DNA of 46,799 bases. Origin: an uncultured Sulfurospirillum sp. (GTDB taxonomy: Bacteria; Campylobacterota; Campylobacteria; Campylobacterales; QNZT01). The stretch covers positions 3,724 through 50,522 of the forward strand of contig CAYLLC010000004.1 in the NCBI GenBank assembly GCA_964384355.1. Reading direction: 5' to 3'. The position numbers were made by a program, and so were the translations under genes. Under the pieces are notes generated by a model. It had not been told where the DNA came from. It was given only the letters and a program-made list of their open reading frames with translations, and did no database searches. Positions 10,595-24,194 of this stretch are shown here, piece after piece (the stretch's first letter is position 1; the number at the start of each line of letters is the position of its first letter).

Positions 10595-10962
10595 AAATCT
10601 ACGAAGATCGCGATCTCTTTATCGAAGTCGAAGAGAGCGAGATTCCCTGGCTGAAGATCTTCACCCAAACCCCGTACAAAGAGCTCTCGGAGCTCCCCGC
10701 CCAGACGCGGGAGCGCCTTTTTCTCGTACTCGACATCGTCGAAAAAGAGATGCTCGCCTTTTTCAAACCCGACAAGATCAATATCGCATCTTTTGGCAAC
10801 TATCTGCCCCGGCTGCATATCCACATCATGGCGCGATTCAGAAACGACTCCTGGTTTCCCGAGCCGACATGGGGCCAAAAGCAGCGTGAAGGGAGCTACA
10901 GAATGGAGCATTTCGAGAGATTCTGTGACAATCTGAGCGCGCGCTTAGAGTCCCTCCAGTAG
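10591..10962 (+). CDS. HIT family protein
   Basis: [23 protein letters not shown]-like motif; ATGA overlap with fabH. Confidence 0.8.
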   Translation: MKIYEDRDLFIEVEESEIPWLKIFTQTPYKELSELPAQTRERLFLVLDIVEKEMLAFFKPDKINIASFGNYLPRLHIHIMARFRNDSWFPEPTWGQKQREGSYRMEHFERFCDNLSARLESLQ

Positions 10963-11562
10963 GATCTGCCACAGCGTATCGATCTGCGCATCCGAGAGGA
11001 AGAGGGTATGCCCCTCTTCGAAGAGCTGTGCGATCCTGTCGATCGGCAGCGGGGTGTGGTAGAGGCAGTGCCGGTGTGCGGGGAGATATCCCCGTGCCAG
11101 CACCAGCTCCTCCGTGATCGGCGCATTGCAGAGAAAACAGACGAAATCTTCATGCAGCCTCCCTTCATGGCGCAGCAGCCGGATGTAGGCTTCGATGATG
11201 CAGCGTCTGGGGTTCTGCCGCTCCATGCAGCCGCTCGTCTCGTCGAGGAGGGTGAAGTAGAAGCTGTCGAGATCGTCTACATCGCGCAGATGCCGGTAGA
11301 GGAGCGTGAGAAACTGCTGCCAGTGGTAGAAACGCTCCCGGTCTGCGATCCAGGGTACACCCAGATGGAGGACATGACGCAGCTGGGAGATGGTCGTTTT
11401 GGGGCTGCTTCGGATCTCGAAATCGATCTTGAAGCCGAGGTGGATATTGGCGTGGCGTGCACCGTAAAATCTATAAAGTGTTTTTAAGCTGTTTTCTGTT
11501 AATAGCGTGACGAGCAGGTCTTCGTCTCTCACCTTGACGATGTGAAGTATATACCCTTGCAT
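10945..11562 (-). CDS. recO: recombination protein RecO (Campylobacterota type)
   Basis: MQGYIL..EDL, YRFYGARH, HEGRLH..CFLC pattern. Confidence 0.8.
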   Translation of the reverse strand: MQGYILHIVKVRDEDLLVTLLTENSLKTLYRFYGARHANIHLGFKIDFEIRSSPKTTISQLRHVLHLGVPWIADRERFYHWQQFLTLLYRHLRDVDDLDSFYFTLLDETSGCMERQNPRRCIIEAYIRLLRHEGRLHEDFVCFLCNAPITEELVLARGYLPAHRHCLYHTPLPIDRIAQLFEEGHTLFLSDAQIDTLWQILLEGL

Positions 11563-11639
11563 CGGCGTTCCTGCATATCATTCAACCATATTTTACCCTG
11601 TTTTGGCTATAATAAGCAACTTTTTATTAAAGGTTGTTT

Positions 11640-16064
<4,425 letters not shown>

Positions 16065-16067
16065 AAT

Positions 16068-17465
16068 ATGCAAAACTTTACCAATTTGGAGCGGATCGAG
16101 CCGCTCAAGCGCGGTTCGAACGAACGCAAAAAAGATTTCAAAGAGATTTACGAAATTTTTAAACCTTCCGAAGCTGCCGGTCAGGCGGAGCGATGCGTGC
16201 AGTGCGGGGATCCCGGCTGTCACGACAAGTGCCCGCTGCACAACTATATCCCCTACTGGCTGCGTTCGGTGACATCGAAAAATATCGATCTCTCCTTCAA
16301 AATCTCCAACGAGAGCAACCCCTTTCCGGAGATCACGGGACGCATCTGCCCGCAGGATCGCCTCTGCGAGGGGGACTGTACGCTCGAGCAGGACGGATAC
16401 GGTGCGATCACGATCGGTGCGGTCGAGACCTTTATCAGCGAGGAGGGGTTCAAGAAGGGGCTCAGACCCGAATTTCCCGAAAGCTTCAGCGACAAGAAGG
16501 TGGCGATCGTCGGATCGGGGCCTGCCGGATTCTCCGCGGCGACCTATCTGATGCGCTCGGGCGTCCGTGTCGAGATGTTTGAGAAGAACAACCGCCCCGG
16601 CGGATTGCTCACCTACGGTATCCCCAACTTCAAGCTCGAAAAAGAGGTGGTGTTCCGCAGGTTCAAATTCCTGCAGGATGCGGGGATGAAGCTCTTTTTG
16701 AATGTCGAAGTGGGCAAAGATATCGAGTTTAAAGAGCTGCTGGAGAATTACGATGCGGTCTTTATCGGGATCGGTGCGGAGAAATCCAAACGCGCCCATC
16801 TCCCCGGAGAGAACGCCGAAAATGTCTTTCTGGCGATCGATTTTCTGGTCAATATCCAGAAGAAGCACTTCAAAGAGGCGTTCGATACGAAGTATGAAGT
16901 GGCGGGCAAAAATGTCGTCGTCATCGGCGGCGGCGATACGGCGATGGATTGTATCCGTACCTCCCTGCGCGAAGGGGCGGCGAGCGTCAAGTGTCTCTAT
17001 CGCCGCGATGCGCACAACATGCCGGGCAGCCGCAAAGAGTTCAAAAACGCCAGAGAGGAGGGTGCTGAGTTCACCTTCTACGCCGCTCCCAAAGAGATTC
17101 TCGTCAACGAGAAGGGCGAAGTGATCGGTGTGGAGATGCTCAAAACCGAGCTCTCACAGAAGGACGAGAGCGGCAGACAGCGTGTCGAAATCGTCGAGGG
17201 AAGCGAGTTTCGCGTCGATGCCGACGTCGTGATTCTCGCACTCGGATTCGATCCTGCGACGCCGAAATTTCTCTACGAGAACGGTATCGAAACCAACAAA
17301 TGGGGCGGGATCATCGCCAACGAAGATCAGGAGACGAGCAAAGCTTTCGTCTATGCGGGCGGAGACTGCTTCCGCGGCAGCGATCTGGTCGTGACGGCGG
17401 CACAGGACGGCAAGATAGCGGCTCAGGCGATCGTCAAAAAGCTCCAGCCCGTATCCGGGAAGTGA
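16068..17465 (+). CDS. gltD: glutamate synthase small subunit
   Basis: RCVQCGDP.C..CP, GRICPQDRLCEG.C, GSGPAG, GGGDTAMD. Confidence 0.95.
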   Translation: MQNFTNLERIEPLKRGSNERKKDFKEIYEIFKPSEAAGQAERCVQCGDPGCHDKCPLHNYIPYWLRSVTSKNIDLSFKISNESNPFPEITGRICPQDRLCEGDCTLEQDGYGAITIGAVETFISEEGFKKGLRPEFPESFSDKKVAIVGSGPAGFSAATYLMRSGVRVEMFEKNNRPGGLLTYGIPNFKLEKEVVFRRFKFLQDAGMKLFLNVEVGKDIEFKELLENYDAVFIGIGAEKSKRAHLPGENAENVFLAIDFLVNIQKKHFKEAFDTKYEVAGKNVVVIGGGDTAMDCIRTSLREGAASVKCLYRRDAHNMPGSRKEFKNAREEGAEFTFYAAPKEILVNEKGEVIGVEMLKTELSQKDESGRQRVEIVEGSEFRVDADVVILALGFDPATPKFLYENGIETNKWGGIIANEDQETSKAFVYAGGDCFRGSDLVVTAAQDGKIAAQAIVKKLQPVSGK

Positions 17466-18202
17466 TGACGGCATCTCTGCAGAGCGATCCTTTCGTCGCT
17501 GCCGCGATACGCGCGAATCAGGAGCTCTACCGCACGCTGCGTCATCCCGATGCCTCGCGCTACAAAGCACTGCAGCAGGGGGCGGGCGGAGATATCACGC
17601 ATGGGATCGATCAGCTTGCCGAAGATATCTTCGTGCGGCATCTGCAGGGGTTCGGCGAGATCCACTCGGAGGAGAGCGGCAGGATCGGCAGCGGCGCGAA
17701 GCGCATCTATCTCGACCCGCTCGACGGCAGCGACAATTTTCTCTCCAATTTTCCCTATTACGGCACTTCGGTCGCACTCGAGGGTGCGGAGGGGGTAGAG
17801 TCCGGCATCATCGCAAACCTCGCGACCGGCACGATCTATGTGCGGCACGGCGAACTTTTCGGCGTCAGCGGGCTCGACGGGATCGCATTTCGCCCGGTGA
17901 TACCCAATCCCTCGCCGAAAGTCGGTATTTTCGAGAGAGGGTATCGGTCGTTCGACGGGGCGAACAGGCTCAAAAAAGCGAAGATCAAATATCGTATCCC
18001 GGGCGCGGTGGCACTCTCGCTGGCACTGGCGCCGGAGGTCTCTTTTGTCCTGATAGAGGGGGCGCTGCGCGATTTCGATGTCAAGGCGGGGCTCTACATG
18101 TGTGCCGATATGTATCAGCATAGCGCAAAGGATTTAACGATAATATGCCAAGAAGAAAAGATGTTTGATCAGCTCAGACAAATACTCCTGGAGAAGCGAT
18201 GA
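17465..18202 (+). CDS. inositol monophosphatase (SuhB-like) family protein
   Basis: SEE, LDPLDGSDNF, PGAVALSL, RDFDV. Confidence 0.8.
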   Translation: MTASLQSDPFVAAAIRANQELYRTLRHPDASRYKALQQGAGGDITHGIDQLAEDIFVRHLQGFGEIHSEESGRIGSGAKRIYLDPLDGSDNFLSNFPYYGTSVALEGAEGVESGIIANLATGTIYVRHGELFGVSGLDGIAFRPVIPNPSPKVGIFERGYRSFDGANRLKKAKIKYRIPGAVALSLALAPEVSFVLIEGALRDFDVKAGLYMCADMYQHSAKDLTIICQEEKMFDQLRQILLEKR

Positions 18203-19143
18203 TGAATTTCGGTGATATCTTCAAAAATTTCAGAAAACAGCAGCCTTCCAAAGATGAAGCGCCGAGCCACTGGGTCAAATGCCCCAAATGCAACTCGCTG
18301 ATGTACTACAAAGAGGTCGAAAACCTTGCGCAGGTCTGCCCCAAATGCAAATTTCACATGCGTATCGGTGCCGAGAAACGGATCGCGCTGCTGGCGGACA
18401 AAGGGAGTTTCGTCGAGTATGACGCGGATCTGATACCGGTCGATCCGCTCGGATTCGTGGACAAGAAATCCTACAAAAAACGGGTCGCAGAGAGTGAAAA
18501 GAAGAGCGGAAAACGCTCCTCCGTCGTCTCCGGGGAGTGTACGATCGGCGGCATGCCGACACAGCTGGTGGTATTCGACTTCTCTTTTATGGGCGGCAGT
18601 CTGGGCTCGGTAGAGGGCGAAAAGATCGTCCGTGCGGTCCATCGCGCGATCGAAAAGCGGCAGGGTGTCGTCATCGTCAGTGCCAGCGGCGGTGCGCGCA
18701 TGCAGGAGAGCACCTTTTCGCTGCTGCAGATGTCCAAAACCTCCGCCGCGCTGAAGCGTCTGGCCAAAGAGGGGCTGCCCTATATCTCGGTCCTGACCGA
18801 TCCGACGATGGGCGGCGTGAGCGCATCGTTCGCGATGCTGGGAGATGTGATCATCGCGGAGCCGGGTGCCCTGATCGGTTTCGCCGGGCAACGGGTCATC
18901 AAGCAGACGATCGGCGCGGAGCTGCCCGAAGGGTTTCAGCGCTCCGAATTTCTGCTCAAGCACGGTTTTCTGGATATGATCGTCCAGCGGCACAAGATGC
19001 AGCAGACGATCGCGGATCTGCTGCGCTATTTCGGGCATGAGATCGTGGCTGAAGGTGCGGTACGCCCCGTACCCAGAAGACGCAAAGAGGATCAGGTCGC
19101 AGCAGGGCAGCAGGAAACAGCCGGTTCGGGTGATGCGGCATAA
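18199..19143 (+). CDS. accD: acetyl-CoA carboxylase carboxyltransferase beta subunit
   Basis: WVKCPKC..CPKC zinc finger, FMGGSLG, SGGARMQE, GFAGQRVI. Confidence 0.96.
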   Translation: MMNFGDIFKNFRKQQPSKDEAPSHWVKCPKCNSLMYYKEVENLAQVCPKCKFHMRIGAEKRIALLADKGSFVEYDADLIPVDPLGFVDKKSYKKRVAESEKKSGKRSSVVSGECTIGGMPTQLVVFDFSFMGGSLGSVEGEKIVRAVHRAIEKRQGVVIVSASGGARMQESTFSLLQMSKTSAALKRLAKEGLPYISVLTDPTMGGVSASFAMLGDVIIAEPGALIGFAGQRVIKQTIGAELPEGFQRSEFLLKHGFLDMIVQRHKMQQTIADLLRYFGHEIVAEGAVRPVPRRRKEDQVAAGQQETAGSGDAA

Positions 19144-19699
19144 GATCTACGCACTCTTCGATTTCGCACTCAACAGTGCCAGAGGCCTGAGCCTCGAAGC
19201 GTTTCTCTCTCTTCCCAAAGTCCGCCGGGCGACGATCCTGCAGTATCGCGACAAAGTCAACGACTTCGAAACCCGACGCGACAATATCCTTCTCCTCAAA
19301 CGCCGGTTCGACGGTATCGTGATCGCAAACGACGATCCGAAGCTGGCCAAGCTGGTCGACGGACTCCATGTCGGGCAGGAGGATCTGTTACGATACGGAA
19401 CATCTCCCGAGAAAGCGATCGCGAAGCTGCGCACCGATCTGGGGGAGCGCATGCTGGGACTTTCCACCCACAATGCAGAGGAGATCGCAAAAGCCAACGC
19501 ACTGCCGATCGACTATATCGGGCTGGGAGCGTACCGCGCGACCCGCACCAAAGATGTCACCCATCTGCTGGGTGAGAGACTCCCGCTGCTGGCAGCCGGA
19601 TCGAGACATCCGGTCGCCGCGATCGGCGGCGTAAAAAGTGACGATATGATCGACAATGTCGACTATCTGGTGCTCGGATCCGACCTCTATGAAGATTGA
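19133..19699 (+). CDS. thiE: thiamine-phosphate synthase
   Basis: QYRDK, NDD, HVGQED, GLSTHN, TRTK, AIGG. Confidence 0.8.
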   Translation: MRHKIYALFDFALNSARGLSLEAFLSLPKVRRATILQYRDKVNDFETRRDNILLLKRRFDGIVIANDDPKLAKLVDGLHVGQEDLLRYGTSPEKAIAKLRTDLGERMLGLSTHNAEEIAKANALPIDYIGLGAYRATRTKDVTHLLGERLPLLAAGSRHPVAAIGGVKSDDMIDNVDYLVLGSDLYED

Positions 19700-20144
19700 T
19701 ATCTACACGATCGAAAAGCACTCCCGCGACGCATACGGGACGGTCACTTCGGAGCTTGCCCGGATGATCGGCAGATATGCCGCCATACGCGAACACAACA
19801 TCTTCAACAAAAAGATCGCCTCCGCCCAGAACAGAGATGCCGCACAGGCGCAGCAGAGCTATACCGAAGCGCTGATGCCCTACATGAAAGGGTACAGCAT
19901 CGTTTTGCATCCTGAAGGGAAACTGCTCGATACTTTTGAATTTTATAAAAGTTTCGATATAAATACGAACTTAAATTTTTTTATAGGCGGTGCCTACGGA
20001 TTCGAGCGATCGTTCGTGGACAAAGCCGATCTTGTGATCAGTCTGAGCAGATTGACGATGAGTCACAAAGTGGCGAAGGTCGTCTTGTACGAGCAGATCT
20101 ACAGGGGATTGACGCTCAAGCACAACCACCCCTATCACAAATAA
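19689..20144 (+). CDS. rlmH: 23S rRNA pseudouridine-1915 N3-methyltransferase
   Basis: FFIGGAYG, SLSRLTMSH, EQIYRG..HPYHK. Confidence 0.93.
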   Translation: MKIDIYTIEKHSRDAYGTVTSELARMIGRYAAIREHNIFNKKIASAQNRDAAQAQQSYTEALMPYMKGYSIVLHPEGKLLDTFEFYKSFDINTNLNFFIGGAYGFERSFVDKADLVISLSRLTMSHKVAKVVLYEQIYRGLTLKHNHPYHK

Positions 20145-20166
20145 ACAGAAAAAAGGAAGGCAAACG

Positions 20167-20517
20167 ATGACAGATCAGGAATTCAAAGAGTTCGAAGAGA
20201 TACTCAACCAGAGAAAAGCGCAGATATTGCAGACGGTCAATGACCGCGAAAAGGAGATCGCATCGCTCAAAGATGCGGATGTGAGCGACGAAGCCGACCA
20301 TGCGACGATCAGTACCGACAGCGAGATCGAGCATGCGATCAACAGCAAACTGATGGACGAACTCAAAGAGATCGACTATGCGCTCTTCAAAATTTCCAAC
20401 AAAACATACGGCATCTGTGAGATGTGCGAGGAGCCCATCGGCATCGCCAGACTGAAAGTCAAACCACAGGCGAAATATTGTATAGTATGCAGAGAAATCG
20501 TGGAAAAATCTTCATAA
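20167..20517 (+). CDS. dksA: RNA polymerase-binding protein DksA
   Basis: DEADHA coiled-coil tip, CEMC/CIVC zinc finger. Confidence 0.9.
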   Translation: MTDQEFKEFEEILNQRKAQILQTVNDREKEIASLKDADVSDEADHATISTDSEIEHAINSKLMDELKEIDYALFKISNKTYGICEMCEEPIGIARLKVKPQAKYCIVCREIVEKSS

Positions 20518-20530
20518 AAGGACTCTGCAA

Positions 20531-21541
20531 ATGGGCTTGAAAAGGTACATCATATTTGGCGCGCTTTTCCTGATCGCGATGGGCGTTGCGGTCTATTCGT
20601 TTACCGGCGCTTACTATGCGATGCCGATCTCGGGCATCACGATCAAGCTCCCGGTAGCGGTATGGGTCATGATACCGGCGCTGCTGCTCTATATCGTGAC
20701 GATTCTGCATATGATGTTCTACGGCACGGTCAACTTCGCGAGATTTCGCGCGATCAAAAAAGACAGCGAGAAATTTGTCGAAAACGCCAAGAAGGCGCTG
20801 CTGGGCAAACAGCTCAGTGCCGACGGCTATAAGAGCGAAGCCTTCAAGCTCCCCGGTGCGATACTGCCGCTGCTCAATATAGATCCCAAGCGCTCCGCAC
20901 ACCACCGCGTCTACGACGACGGTATCCAGGATATCCTCGAAGCGAAGCAGCGCATCAAGGAGGGTGAAGTGGTCGATCTCTCCAAATTCAACCTGCTCCC
21001 CGACAATGCGCTCGTCCTGCAGAATGCGGAGAATGCGCTCGCCAAAGACCGCACGTATGCCAAGACGATTCTGCAGAAGTGCGACGACAAACGCCTCTGT
21101 CAGAAAGCGCATCTGGCACTCGCCGAATACGCCTCGCTCGACGAGATCAAAAAGTATCAGGTCGAGCCTACCAGAGAGCTCTTCTATACGCTGATCGACC
21201 GCATCGACGCCAAAGAGAATCCCATCGAGCTGAGCGACGAAGATATCATCGAAATGATCCGTGAGCTCGACTTCACCAAAGAGGATTTCATCGCTCTGGC
21301 GAAAAAGCTCAAAACGAAGCTCAATCCCGACAGGCTGATTCTGCTCTTCGAGAAGATCGCGCATGCATTCCCGCATGAAGGCGGAGACGGCTATCTCTAT
21401 GTCCTCTTCGATCTGCAGATGGTCGATACCGCACGCGAATATCTGGAGAATTCGAGTGAAGAGGAGTATCCGGTATTCAAATATCTGCTCTTCCTCAAAG
21501 ACAGCGGCAAAAACTTCGATACAGACCTCTTCTTCAAATAA
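20531..21541 (+). CDS. conserved hypothetical membrane protein (two N-terminal TM segments, helical soluble domain)
   Basis: hydrophobic residues ~6-25 and ~42-63; located between dksA and dusB as in Campylobacter. Confidence 0.7.
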   Translation: MGLKRYIIFGALFLIAMGVAVYSFTGAYYAMPISGITIKLPVAVWVMIPALLLYIVTILHMMFYGTVNFARFRAIKKDSEKFVENAKKALLGKQLSADGYKSEAFKLPGAILPLLNIDPKRSAHHRVYDDGIQDILEAKQRIKEGEVVDLSKFNLLPDNALVLQNAENALAKDRTYAKTILQKCDDKRLCQKAHLALAEYASLDEIKKYQVEPTRELFYTLIDRIDAKENPIELSDEDIIEMIRELDFTKEDFIALAKKLKTKLNPDRLILLFEKIAHAFPHEGGDGYLYVLFDLQMVDTAREYLENSSEEEYPVFKYLLFLKDSGKNFDTDLFFK

Positions 21542-21545
21542 GCCG

Positions 21546-22490
21546 GTGGGAAAAGCGCTGATAGATTTCAGTAAAAAAGATCTGGTGGCGCTGGCGCCGC
21601 TGGCGGGCTATACCGATCTGCCGTTTCGGCATGTCGCCAAAAAGTTCGGCGTCGATCTGACCTACTCCGAGATGATCAGTGCCAACGCGATGATCCACCA
21701 CTCCAAAAAGACATTTCGCATGATCGAAAAATCGCCTCTGGAGACCCCCTATATCGTACAGATCGCCACGGGCGATCCCGAAGTGGCGAAGCGGGCGGTC
21801 GAGATTCTCAACGACATCGAGGGGATCGACGGCATCGATCTCAACTGCGGATGCCCGGTCCCCAAAGTGGTCTCCCAGAACTCCGGCTCATCGCTGCTGC
21901 AGGATCTCGACCAGATGGCAAGGGTCGTCGAGACGATCAAAAAACACTCCAACAAACGCTACACATCGGTCAAGTCGCGGCTGGGCTTCGCGGAGAAGAT
22001 CCCCGAAGAGATCGCCCGTGCGGTCGAACAGGCGGGAGCCGACTTTCTGACGCTGCATGGACGCACACGCGCCGGAAAGTACAAAGCCCCGGTCGATTAC
22101 GATGCGATCCGTCGCGCCAAAGAGGCGGTCAAAATCCCCGTCATCGCCAACGGCGATATCAAATCGCTCGACGATGTCCGAAAAGTACGGGAGATGACCG
22201 GATGCGACGGGATCATGATCGGGCGCGGGGCAGTGGGCAATCCCTGGATCTTCTATCAGATCAAAGAGAACCTCACCTATCTCGAACGGGAGAAGATTCT
22301 GGAGGTGGTGCTGGAGCACTACGACGCCATGATCGATTTCTACGGTCCGAAGGGGGCGACGATCTTTCGCAAGCATGTGCATACCTACTCCAAAAATTTC
22401 CCGAACGCTTCACAATTTCGTGATAGCATCAACCGTATCGAGGATGTCGCCGAAATACGGCAGATGATAGTCGACTTTTTTAGCAATTAA
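21546..22490 (+). CDS. dusB: tRNA dihydrouridine synthase (start GTG 21546 or CTG 21558)
   Basis: LAPLAG, DLNCGCP, LHGRTR, ANGDI, MIGRGA.GNPW. Confidence 0.9.
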   Translation: MGKALIDFSKKDLVALAPLAGYTDLPFRHVAKKFGVDLTYSEMISANAMIHHSKKTFRMIEKSPLETPYIVQIATGDPEVAKRAVEILNDIEGIDGIDLNCGCPVPKVVSQNSGSSLLQDLDQMARVVETIKKHSNKRYTSVKSRLGFAEKIPEEIARAVEQAGADFLTLHGRTRAGKYKAPVDYDAIRRAKEAVKIPVIANGDIKSLDDVRKVREMTGCDGIMIGRGAVGNPWIFYQIKENLTYLEREKILEVVLEHYDAMIDFYGPKGATIFRKHVHTYSKNFPNASQFRDSINRIEDVAEIRQMIVDFFSN

Positions 22491-22499
22491 TGGTATAAT
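22491..22499 (+). promoter_or_regulatory. extended -10 promoter TGgTATAAT of the DUF2018-ispB-hemA-proS-hemC operon
   Basis: consensus immediately after the dusB stop. Confidence 0.6.
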
Positions 22500-22586
22500 C
22501 GTCCCTTGTAATGGGGCATTTGTCATTCACCTGTCTATTTCTCAGGCTTCATTTCAGACAATATACGACAGAAGGATCAGATACAG

Positions 22587-22868
22587 ATGTTTTTCGATGA
22601 CGACGACGATATCTTCGGGGGAAGCCCGAAGAGCAAATATTTCGACATACTCTTTCATGCCAACCGAAACCTGGTAGAGGAGGAGTTGACGGCCAATCTG
22701 CAGAAGCTTGCGGCTCTGGAGCTGCTGATGGAAGAGATGATGGGCGAAGATAAAGATATCATGCAGATCGTGCAGAACTTTATCTGGGAGAACCAGGACA
22801 AAATCGATAAGAAGACGACCGATCTCTTTATCGAAGGTATGGGAAACATTCTGACGAAGAATGAGTAA
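22587..22868 (+). CDS. DUF2018-like small acidic protein
   Basis: DIFGGSPKSKYFDILFHAN pattern typical of this Campylobacterota family upstream of ispB. Confidence 0.65.
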   Translation: MFFDDDDDIFGGSPKSKYFDILFHANRNLVEEELTANLQKLAALELLMEEMMGEDKDIMQIVQNFIWENQDKIDKKTTDLFIEGMGNILTKNE

Positions 22869-23292
22869 GCTTTTTGCCGGATTGCTGCTTTTTGGTGCGG
22901 TGCTTGGCGCCAATGAAGCCAATTTCGGCTTTGTACATCGGTTTGTGCTCAAGAAGGATCAGATCGCGGAAGTGATCGTCAAAAAGGATTATCCCAAGAG
23001 CTTCGCCAGAGAGGGTATCCTGCGGTTTCGCTGGACCCTCTTCCAAAACAGCCGTCTGATACTGCTGGCCGATTACGAAGGATTCAGATATCAGTATACG
23101 CTGATGCAGCGGTATGGACGCGACAGTGTCAAAATCTATCTGACGGGAGATTACAAGCGCATCGACTACCGGCCGTTCGTGCTTTTGACATTCGAAAAAT
23201 TCGATATGTCCAAAAAGCGTGCGACGCTGCTCGCGCAATTCAGTGATCCCCGGAAGAGATTGGAAATTAAAATTAACAAACCAAAACGATAA
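22861..23292 (+). CDS. hypothetical exported protein
   Basis: N-terminal signal peptide; FRWTLF motif; overlaps the upstream gene by 8 nt. Confidence 0.6.
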   Translation: MSKLFAGLLLFGAVLGANEANFGFVHRFVLKKDQIAEVIVKKDYPKSFAREGILRFRWTLFQNSRLILLADYEGFRYQYTLMQRYGRDSVKIYLTGDYKRIDYRPFVLLTFEKFDMSKKRATLLAQFSDPRKRLEIKINKPKR

Positions 23293-23300
23293 AGGTACCT

Positions 23301-24194
23301 ATGCTCGAAAATGTCGAATCGCTTATGCTCTCCTATGTCGACGAGGTGGATGCGCATGCTTCGTCACTCTACACGCTGATTCCCAAAGGGAAGCGTCTGC
23401 GTGCGAAACTGATTCTGCGGATCGCACCCGACGAGCAGGATGCCCCGAAGCTCGCCGCTATCGTCGAACTGATCCATGCCGCCAGTCTGCTGCATGACGA
23501 TGTGATCGACGAAGCGACGACCCGCAGAGGCACGCCCTCGATCAACGCTTCGCACGACAGCAAGACGGCGGTGATGCTGGGAGATATTCTCTACTCCAAA
23601 GCCTTTTTCGAGCTGAGCGGGCTCGATCCGTGGATCGCGCGCCGGATATCGGATGCGGTGACGAAGCTCTCCGCCGGGGAGCTGCTCGATGTGGCCTACT
23701 CCGAGGCGCTGCAGCTGGATGAAGCGAAATATTTCGACATGATCTACAAAAAGACGGCGGTACTGATCGAAGCGACGGCAGCGAGTGCCGCATATCTCGC
23801 AGGCAAAGAGAGCGAAGCCTTCGCACGCTACGGCAGAAACCTGGGGCTGGCGTTTCAGATCATCGACGATGTGCTCGACATCACGGCCGACAGCAGCGTG
23901 CTCGGCAAGCCTGCACTGGCGGATTTCAGAGAGGGCAAGACCACACTCCCCTACATCTACCTCTACGAAGCACTGGGGGAGGAGGATCGGCGCCGATTGG
24001 GCGCGCTCTACAAAAAAGCGCTCGATGCTGCCGAGGTAGCATGGCTGAGAGAGAAGATGCAGGAGAGCGGTGCGGTGCTCAAAGCGATCGAAAAGGCGCA
24101 GCAGCTGGGGCATGAAGCGCTGGCCGCGATCGCCGACGAGCAGAACCCCGCACTCGAAAAAGTGATCAGAGATATGATCGAAAGGGAGTTTTGA
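23301..24194 (+). CDS. ispB: polyprenyl (octaprenyl) diphosphate synthase
   Basis: GKRLR, LLHDDVID, FQIIDDVLD, EGKTTLP. Confidence 0.9.
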   Translation: MLENVESLMLSYVDEVDAHASSLYTLIPKGKRLRAKLILRIAPDEQDAPKLAAIVELIHAASLLHDDVIDEATTRRGTPSINASHDSKTAVMLGDILYSKAFFELSGLDPWIARRISDAVTKLSAGELLDVAYSEALQLDEAKYFDMIYKKTAVLIEATAASAAYLAGKESEAFARYGRNLGLAFQIIDDVLDITADSSVLGKPALADFREGKTTLPYIYLYEALGEEDRRRLGALYKKALDAAEVAWLREKMQESGAVLKAIEKAQQLGHEALAAIADEQNPALEKVIRDMIEREF

